64,000 nucleotides of DNA from Deltaproteobacteria bacterium (lineage in GTDB: Bacteria > Myxococcota > Kuafuiibacteriia > Kuafuiibacteriales > Kuafuiibacteriaceae): positions 32,001 through 96,000 of the forward strand of contig JAVJQW010000046.1 of NCBI GenBank assembly GCA_040218735.1. Reading direction: 5' to 3'. Shown here piece after piece: positions 10,832 to 21,157 of this stretch. Numbering within the stretch: the stretch's first letter is position 1; each line of letters begins with the position of its first letter. The notes below the pieces were generated by a model. The model was not told where the DNA came from and made no database searches. It saw only the letters and a program-made list of their open reading frames with translations. The translations under genes were made by a program, and so were the position numbers.

Positions 10832-12823
10832 ATGGTGCGTTGGATCCTCGTCCCCCTGTTTGCGCTCTTCGTCGTGGCCTGCAGCGGCGGGGACGACGGA
10901 GACGGCGGCGACCGCGACGCGACGCCGGCGCCCGACTACGACGGCGGGCCTGCGCCCGACGGCGGACCGCTCGCCGACGGTGGTTTCCGCGACGGCGGCC
11001 CGACGCCGGACGGCGGGACGCGCGACGGAGGTCCGGTGCGGGACGGCGGGTTCGTCGAGGGCGACTGCGTCGAGCTCACCGGCGACACCACGATCGCGAT
11101 CGATCTCCTCCCGAGCCACCCACGGACGGGTGACTTCACCTCGAACCAGATGGTGCTCCCCGAAGCACCGGGCGGGCGCGGCCTGATCTTCTTCCGGGGC
11201 CGCGACACCGGCGCCCAACCCTTCACGTTCCTCCCCCCGATGGGGCCGTCGAGCTACGCGCTGGATCTCGTCGAGGACACCTACGACGTCGACTTCGTCG
11301 GGACGTCCTGCAGCGTCGATGCACCGCCGTTCTGCGGGCGCTTCGATCTCGCGCAGGGCCTCGAAGTCTCGGCCGCAGGTACGGCGGACTTCGAGCTCTC
11401 GCGGGTGAGCGTCACGGGCCGAGTGACCGCGAGCGGCGCCACGCTCCCCGACGTTGCGCCGAGCTTCCGAGGGCGCATCGAGCTCATCGCACAGAACCCG
11501 ATGGGGTTCCCGCGGAGCGCGGCGATCGACCTCGGTCAGACCGGCGACCTCACGTACACCGTCGAGCTCGCGCCGGGCTCCTACGACGTCGTGTTCGTGG
11601 GCGACGCGATGAACTGCGACCGCGCGGACCTCCCGTGCAACGTCGGCGTCGTCATGCAGAGCGTCGACCTCACCGCCGCCCGGACGCTCGACATCGACTT
11701 GCCCGTCGCGATCGTCACCGGCGAGCTCACGCAGAACGGGGCCACGCCCAGCGAAGCGCCGTTCATCCGCGGGCAGCTCGTGTTCGCGGAGCCGGGGCTC
11801 CCATCGACGTACGTCGACATCGTCGCGCAGGGCCCCGCGAACTACGCAGCGAGCGTCCTGCCCGGGACCTACGACGTTCGCTTCCGTGGCCTCAACGCGG
11901 GCACGGTACCGACGCTCCCGATCGGCGAGGGCACCGTGATGAACGGCGTGACGATCGCGGCCGACCAAACGCTCGACCTCGACATGACGACCGCGCGCAT
12001 CGGCGGCCTGATCACGGTCGATGGTGCGGGCGCGGTCGACGTCACGCCCCCCGCCACCCGCGGCGAGTTGGTGTTCGTGGACCCGAACGTCGATGCCGCC
12101 GTCATGAACCCGGCGTTTGTGCTCGGCTCGACCGGACCGGCGCGCATCGACATCACGATCCTCGCCGGCACCTACGACATCTTCTACCGCCCCTCGGCCT
12201 GCCTACCCCTGCTCCCCTGCACCAGCGGGCGTTTGTTCACGGGGCGCACCATCAGCACGGACGAGACGCTGACGCTGGACCTCGAGACCCACCGCCTCCA
12301 CGGCGCGATCACGATCGACGGCGCCCCGTACCCGGATCTCGCGGTCGAGCGCGGCAACGTCACGTTCATCAGCGATGGGGGCTTGGGGACCTTCCCGCTC
12401 GGCATGTCGGGATCGACGTACGACGTGCGGGTCTTCTCCGGCGACTACGCCGTGGTCCTCGAACCGCCGGCGCGCACCGCGTGCCTCGAAGGCTCGACGC
12501 CAGGCCTCCCGTGCAGCGCCGCGTTCTTCGCCGAACGCACGGTCGTCACCGACACGACGCTCGACCTCGCCGTGAGCACCGCCGATCTCTCGGGTGTCAT
12601 CACCGTCGACGGAGCGACCCTCCCCGCGCAGGGCAACGGCATCCTGTGGGCGTACGCCGAGGGCGGCCAGACCACGCCGTACCCCGTGCAATCCGACGGC
12701 ACCTTCTCCATCACGCTGCCGCACGGGAGGTACGATCTCGAATGGGCACCCGGCGACGTCTGCAACCAGACCGTCGACGACCCGCGCCCGTGCGCGCGGC
12801 ATTACGTCCGTCGCTGTCGCTAG
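10832..12823 (+). CDS. Lipoprotein with about 6 tandem beta-sandwich-like repeats (putative surface/adhesin protein)
   Basis: MVRWILVPLFALFVVA-C, DGG linker, repeated unit G.(V/I/L)T..G..RG..(P/A)G.YD(V/I)..C..LPC..TLD(L/I)D; within ORF 9452..12823. Confidence 0.8.
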   Translation: MVRWILVPLFALFVVACSGGDDGDGGDRDATPAPDYDGGPAPDGGPLADGGFRDGGPTPDGGTRDGGPVRDGGFVEGDCVELTGDTTIAIDLLPSHPRTGDFTSNQMVLPEAPGGRGLIFFRGRDTGAQPFTFLPPMGPSSYALDLVEDTYDVDFVGTSCSVDAPPFCGRFDLAQGLEVSAAGTADFELSRVSVTGRVTASGATLPDVAPSFRGRIELIAQNPMGFPRSAAIDLGQTGDLTYTVELAPGSYDVVFVGDAMNCDRADLPCNVGVVMQSVDLTAARTLDIDLPVAIVTGELTQNGATPSEAPFIRGQLVFAEPGLPSTYVDIVAQGPANYAASVLPGTYDVRFRGLNAGTVPTLPIGEGTVMNGVTIAADQTLDLDMTTARIGGLITVDGAGAVDVTPPATRGELVFVDPNVDAAVMNPAFVLGSTGPARIDITILAGTYDIFYRPSACLPLLPCTSGRLFTGRTISTDETLTLDLETHRLHGAITIDGAPYPDLAVERGNVTFISDGGLGTFPLGMSGSTYDVRVFSGDYAVVLEPPARTACLEGSTPGLPCSAAFFAERTVVTDTTLDLAVSTADLSGVITVDGATLPAQGNGILWAYAEGGQTTPYPVQSDGTFSITLPHGRYDLEWAPGDVCNQTVDDPRPCARHYVRRCR

Positions 12824-12825
12824 GT

Positions 12826-15800
12826 TCAGTCGGGCTTCGCGATTTCGGCGAGCCCTTCGCCGTACGCGCTCAGCGCTGCGAACGACGGGCGCGAGAAGTA
12901 CACGCCGTCGGTGCCGTCGCCGTCGATCTTCATCCCGCGTAGGAAGCAGTACACCGCGCCGCCGAAGCGCGCTTCGTAGGCGGCCTCGGTGTCGAGGCGG
13001 AACAGCTTCACGAGCGCGAGGGAGTAGAGCTGGGCCTGCAGGTCGTAGTTCTCCGCGACGTGGGCGTCGATGGTCGCGGCGTCGTAGTTCGCGAGGAGGT
13101 CGCTCTTCCAGTCGAGCACGTAGACGCGGCCCTCGTGCTCGACGACGAGGTCGATGAAGCCCTTCACGAAGCCGTCGGGCGCGGATGGCTCGCCGAACGG
13201 GAAGTGAAACTCCATCTCGCGCACGAGGCGGTCGGCGTGCACGAGCCCTTCGACGCGTCGCTCGCCGAGCGCGACCGGTGCGAGCATCGCGGTGTAGACC
13301 ATCGACTGCGCTTCGAAGAGGTGGCGCGGGTCGAGGTCGTAGCGACGGAGGCCGTCCACGAACAGGGCGCGGACGTCGCGGCGCGCGGCGAACAGGTCGA
13401 CCGTCGAGGCGTCGAGGAGCGCGTTCGGTTCGACGAGCTCCAGCATCTCGTGGATGAAACGCCCGGTGGCGGCGCCGCTGGGGAGCACGTCGGGATCGAC
13501 GGGTGTGGTGCCGTCGACGTCGACCGCGATCTCCTCTTCGAGCAGCCCGGTCGGCGCGCGGTAGCCACCCTTTTGCGCCTTGATGCGCGAGTAGGAGGTC
13601 ACGTCGAAGCCGCGGTGGGCGCGGTGCAGCGCTTCGTACGGAGGTCTGTCGACGATCGGCTCGAACAGCGCGTCCGAGGGCGACCAGGTGGCGAGGCGAT
13701 CGAGGTCGTCCTTCGTCGCCCTCGTGCGCGTTCGTTCCACCTCCTCGATCTCCACGTGTTCGAACTGCGCCGCGTCGAGCCCCGCGAAGACCATCGCGTC
13801 GAGGCGGTCGTTGAGCTGCTTGTACGAGCCTCGAATGCCGCTCCGCACGTACGGCAGGTACAGGCGCGCCTTCGCGCGGGTCATCGCGACGTAGAGGAGG
13901 CGCTGGTTCTCTTCGAGCGCTTCATCTTCCGCGGCCCGCGGCCTCCCGGGGCCGACGTGTAACAGCCTTCGCCCGTCTTCGTGGTACACCGCGAACGATC
14001 CTCGCGGCTCGTCGAAGCCGCCGTACAGGAACACCGCCGCCGCCTCGAGCCCCTTCGCCTTGTGCATCGTCATGATCTGCACGGCGTCGCGGTCCGACTC
14101 CACGCGCTGCACGTTCCCGTCCTCGCCGGGCGGCGCGCGTCGGCCCTCGATGAAGTGGCGCAGCGAAGAGAGGAGCTCCGGCAGCGTGGACGCCTGCTGG
14201 TTCGTCTCCTCCACGAGGATCTCGAAGATGTGCAGGTAGTTCGTGAGCTCGCGCTCGCTGTCGTGGAGGAACAGCGCCCGTTCGATGAGCCCCGTCTCTT
14301 CGAGCACCGAGAAGAAGAGCCGCTCGAAGCGTTTGTCGTCGGCGAGTGACTTCCACTCGAAGAGGGTCTTCATCAGCCGGTGCGAGCCGGGGAGGTCGTC
14401 GAGGCGCCCGAGGTCCTCGATCGGCACGGCGAAGAACGGCGAGCGCCAGGCGTCGAGGCGGCGCGACTGGTCCATCGGGTTCGCGATCGCCGCGAGGAGC
14501 GCGTAGACGTCGCGCGCCTCCTGCGTCTGGAAGAGCCCGTCCTGTTTGTAGAACGCGTGGGCGACGCCGTGGGCGCGGAGGACCTTGGCGATCTCCAACC
14601 CTTCGTCCGCCGAACGGGTGAGCACGAAGATGTCGGCCGGTGAGACGGGTTTGCCGTCGCGCTCCGTTCCACTGAGTAGACGGGCGGCCTCCTTCGCGAT
14701 CGCGTCGGCGAGCGTCGCGCGGGCGTACTGCGACTTCTTGAACTCCTCGTCCTTCGGCACCAGCTCGAACAGCACGACAGGCGCCAGCGCGTGGCCGCCT
14801 CGCGTGAACCCGGTGAGCCCTTCGTCGCCGCAGCGCACGGGGTGGTCGTAGCGGATCTGTCCGGTGAAGAAGCGCGGATCGGCCTCGTCGTCGAGGACGT
14901 GGTTCACGGCCGACACGAGGCCCTCGCTGGCGCGGAAGCTCTCGGTGAGGTGCACGGTGTGACCGCCCGCCGCTGTGATTCGCTCGCGGGCTTCGAGGTA
15001 GGTGTGTACGTCGGCGCCGCGGAACCCGTAGATCGCCTGTTTGGGATCGCCGATCACGTAGAGCACACAACCCTTCGGCGCGTCCTCGACGAACAGCTTC
15101 GAGAAGATCCGCCACTGCGTCTCGTCGGTGTCCTGGAACTCGTCGATCAGCGCGTACGCGAAGCGACGCCGCAGCTGCTCGACCATCGCGGCGCCCTCGT
15201 CGCCGTCGAGGCTCTCCGCGAGCAGGGTGAGCATGTCGTCGAAGTCGAGCTCACCGCGTTTGGCCTTGCGGCGGCGGACCTCGGCCTGCACCAGCGGGAG
15301 GAAGCGCTGACACACCGCGGACTCGAACCCGACGAGCAGCGCGTCGAGCCGTCGCAGGCCTTCGAGGAGCTCCTTCAGCTTGCCCTCCTCGGTGACGTGT
15401 TCTTCGAGTTTTTCGATCGCGTAGCGGAGGAAGCCGCTGGCGCGTCGGTTCTCCGCGTCACACGCCGCGAGCACCGCGGGGACGTTGCCGTCCTGGAGGA
15501 ACGAATCGAGGATGCGGCGAAGCGCGACGACGCGCTCCAGGATCGCGCGGATCGACTGCGCGTGCATGCGCGCGCGCTGCATCGCGGGCCGCAAGGCGCG
15601 CGCGGACATCTCCAGGCGCGCGAGCGTGCGCAGCGTCGCGACGAGGTTGTCTTCGTCGTACTCCGGCTCGAAGGCCCCGCGCACGACGCTCGCGTCCCAC
15701 AGCAGCGAGACCAAACGAGGGAGCGACCGGCTCGCGAGCCACGCGTCGAGGAAGACACGTTCTTCGTCGTGGTGCGCGATGCGCGTGCGGAGCACCTCGT

Positions 15801-16248
15801 AGAACGCGCGGTCGAACGCGGTTCGGCCGTCCACGAGCTCCTGCTCGAAGTGACGCGCCGATTCGAACGCGTTCTCGGCGAGGACCCGTTGGCAGAAGGC
15901 GTGGATGGTCGAGATGGACGCGGCGTCGAACGAGAGGAGGGCGCGCGCGAGCTTCTTCTTCGCGTCGTCGTCGATGCACCACGCGTGCTCTTCGGGATCC
16001 GAATCGGTCTTCTCGACGAGCTCCGTCATCTTCTTCCGCAGACGGGCGCGGAGCTCGGCGGCGGCCTTCTCGGTGAACGTCACGACGAGGAGCTGGTCGA
16101 GCGTGACGTCGCCCTCCAGGAGCAGATCGATCACGAGGTGCTCCAGCGTGTACGTCTTGCCGGTGCCCGCGGACGCTTCGATCACGGCGTGCCGGTCGTG
16201 CGGCAGCTGCGCGAGGATCGCCGGCTTCTTCGCGTAGACCTTCGTCAC
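12826..16248 (-). CDS. recB: Exodeoxyribonuclease V beta subunit RecB
   Basis: IEASAGTGKT, VTFTEKAAAELR, IDEFQDTD, IGDPKQAIYGFRGAD, MTMHKAKGLE, LLYVAMTRA; nuclease GFIDL..VLDWKS..YDLQ. GTG at 16248. Confidence 0.95.
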   Translation of the reverse strand: MTKVYAKKPAILAQLPHDRHAVIEASAGTGKTYTLEHLVIDLLLEGDVTLDQLLVVTFTEKAAAELRARLRKKMTELVEKTDSDPEEHAWCIDDDAKKKLARALLSFDAASISTIHAFCQRVLAENAFESARHFEQELVDGRTAFDRAFYEVLRTRIAHHDEERVFLDAWLASRSLPRLVSLLWDASVVRGAFEPEYDEDNLVATLRTLARLEMSARALRPAMQRARMHAQSIRAILERVVALRRILDSFLQDGNVPAVLAACDAENRRASGFLRYAIEKLEEHVTEEGKLKELLEGLRRLDALLVGFESAVCQRFLPLVQAEVRRRKAKRGELDFDDMLTLLAESLDGDEGAAMVEQLRRRFAYALIDEFQDTDETQWRIFSKLFVEDAPKGCVLYVIGDPKQAIYGFRGADVHTYLEARERITAAGGHTVHLTESFRASEGLVSAVNHVLDDEADPRFFTGQIRYDHPVRCGDEGLTGFTRGGHALAPVVLFELVPKDEEFKKSQYARATLADAIAKEAARLLSGTERDGKPVSPADIFVLTRSADEGLEIAKVLRAHGVAHAFYKQDGLFQTQEARDVYALLAAIANPMDQSRRLDAWRSPFFAVPIEDLGRLDDLPGSHRLMKTLFEWKSLADDKRFERLFFSVLEETGLIERALFLHDSERELTNYLHIFEILVEETNQQASTLPELLSSLRHFIEGRRAPPGEDGNVQRVESDRDAVQIMTMHKAKGLEAAAVFLYGGFDEPRGSFAVYHEDGRRLLHVGPGRPRAAEDEALEENQRLLYVAMTRAKARLYLPYVRSGIRGSYKQLNDRLDAMVFAGLDAAQFEHVEIEEVERTRTRATKDDLDRLATWSPSDALFEPIVDRPPYEALHRAHRGFDVTSYSRIKAQKGGYRAPTGLLEEEIAVDVDGTTPVDPDVLPSGAATGRFIHEMLELVEPNALLDASTVDLFAARRDVRALFVDGLRRYDLDPRHLFEAQSMVYTAMLAPVALGERRVEGLVHADRLVREMEFHFPFGEPSAPDGFVKGFIDLVVEHEGRVYVLDWKSDLLANYDAATIDAHVAENYDLQAQLYSLALVKLFRLDTEAAYEARFGGAVYCFLRGMKIDGDGTDGVYFSRPSFAALSAYGEGLAEIAKPD

Positions 16249-16249
16249 G

Positions 16250-19200
16250 TCAGTCGTCTCCGTGGCGGCGCGCGAAGTACGGGCCGAAGCGGCGGTCGAT
16301 GATGTCGACCGCTTCGTCGAGATCGAGCGTGCGGACCTGCGCGTCGCGCAGGACGCCAAAGCGCGCGGCGGGGGCCTCGGCGAGGATGCGCTCCATCTCC
16401 CGTTTGCGTTTGCGCTCGCGGGCCTTCTGCAGGCGCACCACCGTCTCGAAGGGGAGGGCGTAGGCGTGCGGCGCCGAGACGAGGTCGGCGACGAGGCGGG
16501 TGAGGTAGTCCTTCGCCTCCGCCGAGGAGAACGCGTCGAAGCGTGCCTTCTTCGGGTCGCCCTCGGAGAACGCGACGTGCACGGTGTGGGCGTCGTCGAT
16601 GCGCCGGGCCGCGGTGAGCACGACCTGGTCGACGAAGCCGCGCAGCTCGAGCGTGCGGTCGGACTTGCGCCCGGGGCGGCCGACGAAGACGAGCGAGGTC
16701 GACGGTTCGTCGAGGAGCGGCTGGGTGGTGCCGTGCAGCTCGACCACGTGGTCGCCGATCCCGACCGGGAAGGGGGGCTCCGCGTTGCGCACGACTTCGT
16801 TCTCGCGTCCGCGGCCGAAGCGGATCGGATCGATCGCGCGAAGCTCGCCGCGCGACACCCGGCGCAGCTCGCGCTTCCAGGTCTCGAGCGCTTCGAGGTG
16901 TCGTTGCCGTTCGGCGGTGCCGAAGACGCCGGTGGGCAGGACGCCGGAGAGCTCCAGGTAGTCCGCGCGTTGGTGGTACAGCGCGGCGAGGTCGGTGCCG
17001 GGGGCGCGCGCATGTTCGTAGAGGACGGTGCGGAGCGCGCTGTCGCGGATCTGCGCGGGGGTGCCGAAGCGTTCGTCCTCGCGCGCGAAGGGGTCCTCGC
17101 GGTCGTCGTCGTCCATGCCGAGCACGACGCTCGCCCACCCTTGGAGCGGCGACTCCAGGAACAGGCGGAGCAGGTAGAGCGAGATCGAACGGAGGCGTTC
17201 GTCGTCGGCACGCGCGGGCGGAAGCTCGGCGAGGCGCAGGCGCGACGCGACTCTGCGCCGCACGGGTTCGGCGAGTTTCTTCGTGAGCAGATCCAGATCC
17301 GGGAGCTCGTCGCCGTCGAGGTGATCGAGGAGCGCGGAGCGGAGCCGACGGGACCCGGCTTCGCGCACCGCCGCGCGCGACGCAAACGGACGGTCCTGCT
17401 CGACACCCGTCCAGCGGCGCAGCGGGTGGTTCACGATCATCGCTTCGATGCCTCGGCCCACGTAGCTTCGTTCGAGGAGGTGCATCAGCTCGGCGACGGT
17501 GGGCGCCGGTTCGCGTTTGTCGCCGGTGCCCTGCTCGGTCGCGACGTAGGACAGGTGCACCGCCTCCGTCGTACCGAGGAGCCGGAGCAGGAACGCGTAC
17601 TGATCGCGCTCGCGCGGCGTGACCTGACCGGCGCGACGCTGGTCGGCGAACAGGTCGAGCGCAGCGGGGCGCTCCGGCGCGGGGAAGCGCCCCTCCTGAA
17701 GGCCGGGCATGAACACCACCCGGAACGGCAGCGCGTACGCGAGTGACAGCGGCGCGATGACGACGCCGTTCGCGAGCGGCCGACCGTAGTTCGTGGTCAT
17801 GTTCTCCAGGCGTGATTCGAGGAGGCCGGTCGCCGCGGCGAAGGTGACGGCGAGGCCTTCGACGTCGAGCCGTCCGAGCTCGTGGATCGCTTCGAGCGCG
17901 CGGACGAGGTCGCGCTCTTCGGCGTCGGAGGTCGCGACGAGGTACGTGGTGACGAGCGCGTGCAGGAACTCGGACCACTCACAGAGCGTGAGGCGTTCGC
18001 TCTGCGCGAAGCGGGCGTCGGCGATCAGCGAACGCACGAGCACCCCGAAGCGCGCCGCGGAGCTGGAGCGCGACGGCGAGACCTCGTAGGGGAGGTATTG
18101 GTCGCCCGCGATCTCGAACGCCCGCTCCTCGCCGCTCTTCTCCGCGGCCATGAACGTGCCGAGCACGAGGCGTTTGAGGCCTTGGTCCCAGTTGTAGAGA
18201 TCGCGTTCGATGTACGTGCCGGCGTGGTCGGACTTGTCGGCGCCGTGCACGACGAGGAGCGCTTCGCACCAGTCGGTCCACTCGTCGGCGTTGGTCTCGT
18301 CGTAGCGCGCGAGGACGGTGGGGTGGGTGACGAGGCGCAAGAGATCTTGTCGCGTGTAGCGCGAGTAAGGGAGCGCGCAGAGGAGGTGGATCGCTTCGAT
18401 GATGCGGCTCGACGCGGCGATCGGTACGTCCATCACGTGGTGCGGGATGTCGCCGTGCTCCTGGAACACCGCCATGAGGTGCGCGCGGTAGATCTCGCGA
18501 TCGCGGCTGGCGAGGACGACGCCGATCTCGTTGAAGCGCAGCGGATGGTCGGTGTTCTTCGACGCGGCGACGAGTGACCAGATCTGCTCGGCGATGACTT
18601 CCACTTCGCGCCGCACGCCGGGGCACGCGTGAAGGCGCAGGCTCGCGTCCGGTTCCAAGGCGTCCTCGCCGACGACGCGCTCCGGGCGGCGGTCGAGGAC
18701 GTCGCGTTGGACGTGGTGGAGGATCGTGTCCGGCTCGATCGATTCGAAGCGCGCGACGAACGTCGACCCCGAGAGATGGTCGAGGAGTCGCACGCTCTCG
18801 CGGCCCGGGCGGCCCCACAGACGGAGCGCGGGGGTGTCGGTGTCGACGAGGAGGCCGAAGGGATCGTCTTCGGGTGCTTCGGGCTCGGTGCCGGTGAGGC
18901 GGCGCTCCATCGCGTCGACGCCGAACCGCGCGACGTCCTCCCAGTATTCGCGACACGGGTTGAGCGCGTAGAGGTAGACGTCGCGGACCTGGGCGATGCG
19001 ATCGACGATCGACAGCAGCACCGGGGACGCGACCGACAGATCGAAGAGGTGGATCGCGGGCGGGAGGTCGAGCTTCGTGACGTCGGCGAACGCGGAGGCG
19101 AGGGTGTCGTGCTCCGGGAGCGCGAGGTACAGCGCGCGTTGCCAGCGCTCGGTCGTGGTCTCGCCGGCGCGTCCTTGCCGCCAGTGTTCGAGGCGGTCGG

Positions 19201-19621
19201 GACGTTCGAGGGCGTAGGTGTCGAAGAGGCGTCCGAGGCGGGTGGCGAGGCCGAGGCGGCGCCGGTCGCGGTCGACGTCGTCGGGCCCGGCGGCGGCGAG
19301 GTAGCGCCGCACGGGGGCGAGGTCTTCGGTGTTCAGGAACGCGTCGTCGTAGAGGCGCTCGAGGACCAGCGTGGCGAGTTGGTCCTGGTTGGGGATCTTC
19401 GTGTCGGCGAGCTCTTCGAGGAGCCCGCGCAGGAAGCTGAAGGCGAGGTTGGCGGCGATGCCGTTCTTCTTGGCGATCGCGAGGACGAGGAAGTGTTTGG
19501 CGGCCTGGTTCGGGACGACGACCGGCAGCGCGTCGAGCGGGCTGTCGCTGCGCGCCGCGATGTTCTCGGCGAGCGCGTCGGCGAGCTGCTCGATCCGGTT
19601 GGCGTAGTAGAGGTGGATCAT
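16250..19621 (-). CDS. recC: Exodeoxyribonuclease V gamma subunit RecC
   Basis: MIHLYYANRIEQL, VVVPN, LNPCREYW, LWGRPGR, LHACPGVRREVEV, LPFRVVFMPGL; directly upstream of recB. Confidence 0.93.
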   Translation of the reverse strand: MIHLYYANRIEQLADALAENIAARSDSPLDALPVVVPNQAAKHFLVLAIAKKNGIAANLAFSFLRGLLEELADTKIPNQDQLATLVLERLYDDAFLNTEDLAPVRRYLAAAGPDDVDRDRRRLGLATRLGRLFDTYALERPDRLEHWRQGRAGETTTERWQRALYLALPEHDTLASAFADVTKLDLPPAIHLFDLSVASPVLLSIVDRIAQVRDVYLYALNPCREYWEDVARFGVDAMERRLTGTEPEAPEDDPFGLLVDTDTPALRLWGRPGRESVRLLDHLSGSTFVARFESIEPDTILHHVQRDVLDRRPERVVGEDALEPDASLRLHACPGVRREVEVIAEQIWSLVAASKNTDHPLRFNEIGVVLASRDREIYRAHLMAVFQEHGDIPHHVMDVPIAASSRIIEAIHLLCALPYSRYTRQDLLRLVTHPTVLARYDETNADEWTDWCEALLVVHGADKSDHAGTYIERDLYNWDQGLKRLVLGTFMAAEKSGEERAFEIAGDQYLPYEVSPSRSSSAARFGVLVRSLIADARFAQSERLTLCEWSEFLHALVTTYLVATSDAEERDLVRALEAIHELGRLDVEGLAVTFAAATGLLESRLENMTTNYGRPLANGVVIAPLSLAYALPFRVVFMPGLQEGRFPAPERPAALDLFADQRRAGQVTPRERDQYAFLLRLLGTTEAVHLSYVATEQGTGDKREPAPTVAELMHLLERSYVGRGIEAMIVNHPLRRWTGVEQDRPFASRAAVREAGSRRLRSALLDHLDGDELPDLDLLTKKLAEPVRRRVASRLRLAELPPARADDERLRSISLYLLRLFLESPLQGWASVVLGMDDDDREDPFAREDERFGTPAQIRDSALRTVLYEHARAPGTDLAALYHQRADYLELSGVLPTGVFGTAERQRHLEALETWKRELRRVSRGELRAIDPIRFGRGRENEVVRNAEPPFPVGIGDHVVELHGTTQPLLDEPSTSLVFVGRPGRKSDRTLELRGFVDQVVLTAARRIDDAHTVHVAFSEGDPKKARFDAFSSAEAKDYLTRLVADLVSAPHAYALPFETVVRLQKARERKRKREMERILAEAPAARFGVLRDAQVRTLDLDEAVDIIDRRFGPYFARRHGDD

Positions 19622-19690
19622 TGGTGATCGCCGATGGGTGGAGGGCCTACGTATCCCGCCCGGGTACGCGTTTGGTATGGTAGCGGGGTT

Positions 19691-21157
19691 TTGTCCACAC
19701 CGCGTCCAGGGGAGCGTCGCGTCTGCCCCATCTGCGACGCGACCACGTCTGCGCCGGTGTGTGAGCTCGACCGGACCGCGACGCTGCTGTTGGACCTGCC
19801 GCCCGAGGAGGCGCCGGCGCCTGCACCGGGGATGGTGATCGCGGGGCGCTACGAGATCGAGCGTCGGATAGGCGCCGGTGGTTATGGGCAGGTGTTCGCG
19901 GCGCGGCACCGCGGGACGGGGCAGAACGTCGCGCTGAAGATCCTCCGTCCGCTGATGGACGGCGACCACGTCTTCGCGACGAAGCGTTTCTTCCTGGAGG
20001 CGCGGGTGACGTCGGGGCTGACGCACCCGAACACCGTGCGGGTCTTCGACTTCGGGCAGGAGGACAACGGGCTGTTGTTCATCGCGATGGAGCTGCTGAA
20101 CGGGCGCACATTGCGGTCCGAGCAGAAGGCTCGGCGCGGGGTGTTCTCGGAGGTCGAGGCGATCGAGATCGCGACGCAGGTGACGCGGAGCCTCTCGGAG
20201 GCGCACGACGCCGGGCTGGTCCACCGCGACCTGAAGCCGGACAACATCTTCCTGCACCGCGCGGCGGTCGACGACGTCGTGGTGAAGGTGCTCGACTTCG
20301 GGATCGCGAAGCTCGGCGGCGGACACGCGACGCTTTCGAGCGACACGAGTGTCCCCGGGACGCCGGCGTACATGGCGCCGGAGCACGCGTTGAATCGACC
20401 GGTGGACGCGCGCACGGATCTGTACAGCCTGGGCGTGGTGCTGTGGCAGCTCGTGACGGGGGAGCTGCCGTTCGCGGGGGCCTCGGATCCGCAGACGCTG
20501 TACATGCACGCGTACGAGCCGCTGCCGAGTCTCGAGGCGAAGGCGCGCACGGCGTTGTCGCCGGCGTTCGAAGCGGTGATCGTGCGAGCCCTCGAAAAGG
20601 ACCCCGCGCAGCGGTTCGCGAGCGCGCGGTCGATGCGCGACGCGTTGGCGGCGTGTGTGGGCGCTTCACCGTCGGTGGTGTCGGCGTCCGAGGGCGCCGG
20701 TGAGATGCACGTGAGCCACATGTCGACGCCGGTGGCGGGGACGGGGTTCGTGCCGCCGGTGCGCGCGACACCGAAGTGGCCGCTGGCGGTCGGGGCGCTG
20801 TTGTTGGTCGGGTCGGCGGTCGCCGCGTACTGGGTGCAGCGCGGGCCGGGGCCGGGTGTGGAACGCGCGCGGTCCGTGGAACCGGCGCGCGCGGTGGTGC
20901 CGGCGACGGTCGACGTGGCGCCGGACACACCCGCCGAGCCGGCGGAGCCCGCAGTAGAGTCGGTGTCGCGGGACGGTGGTGCGCCGCCCGCCGTGGATCC
21001 TGCGCCGCCGCCCGAGGACGTGGCGCCGAAGAAGACGAAGCGTCGCCGCGTGCGCCGTCGGCGCGCACCGAAGACGGCACGGCCCGAGACGCCGAAGAAG
21101 CCCGACCCGCGCCTCGAGATGCGGCTCGAGGATCTGATCGAGGAGAAGTCGCCATGA
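19691..21157 (+). CDS. Membrane Ser/Thr protein kinase with N-terminal Zn-ribbon-like motif
   Basis: CPIC..CELD; IGAGGYG, VALK, HRDLKPDN, DFG, GTPAYMAPE; TM WPLAVGALLLVGSAVAAYW; Pro/Lys/Arg-rich tail. Start may be 19634 or TTG 19691. Confidence 0.93.
   Translation: MSTPRPGERRVCPICDATTSAPVCELDRTATLLLDLPPEEAPAPAPGMVIAGRYEIERRIGAGGYGQVFAARHRGTGQNVALKILRPLMDGDHVFATKRFFLEARVTSGLTHPNTVRVFDFGQEDNGLLFIAMELLNGRTLRSEQKARRGVFSEVEAIEIATQVTRSLSEAHDAGLVHRDLKPDNIFLHRAAVDDVVVKVLDFGIAKLGGGHATLSSDTSVPGTPAYMAPEHALNRPVDARTDLYSLGVVLWQLVTGELPFAGASDPQTLYMHAYEPLPSLEAKARTALSPAFEAVIVRALEKDPAQRFASARSMRDALAACVGASPSVVSASEGAGEMHVSHMSTPVAGTGFVPPVRATPKWPLAVGALLLVGSAVAAYWVQRGPGPGVERARSVEPARAVVPATVDVAPDTPAEPAEPAVESVSRDGGAPPAVDPAPPPEDVAPKKTKRRRVRRRRAPKTARPETPKKPDPRLEMRLEDLIEEKSP

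Noticed and set aside
10799-12825. Mobile element inserted between recB and recD
   Set aside because: I found no transposase or integrase, terminal inverted repeats or target-site duplication, and the composition looks like the flanks.
16249-17406. N-terminal extension of the RecB ORF (likewise recC 19622-20509 and the upstream parts of ORFs 9452 and 5989)
   Set aside because: They overlap other real genes and read as off-frame sequence; the true starts lie downstream, where family motifs or signal peptides begin.
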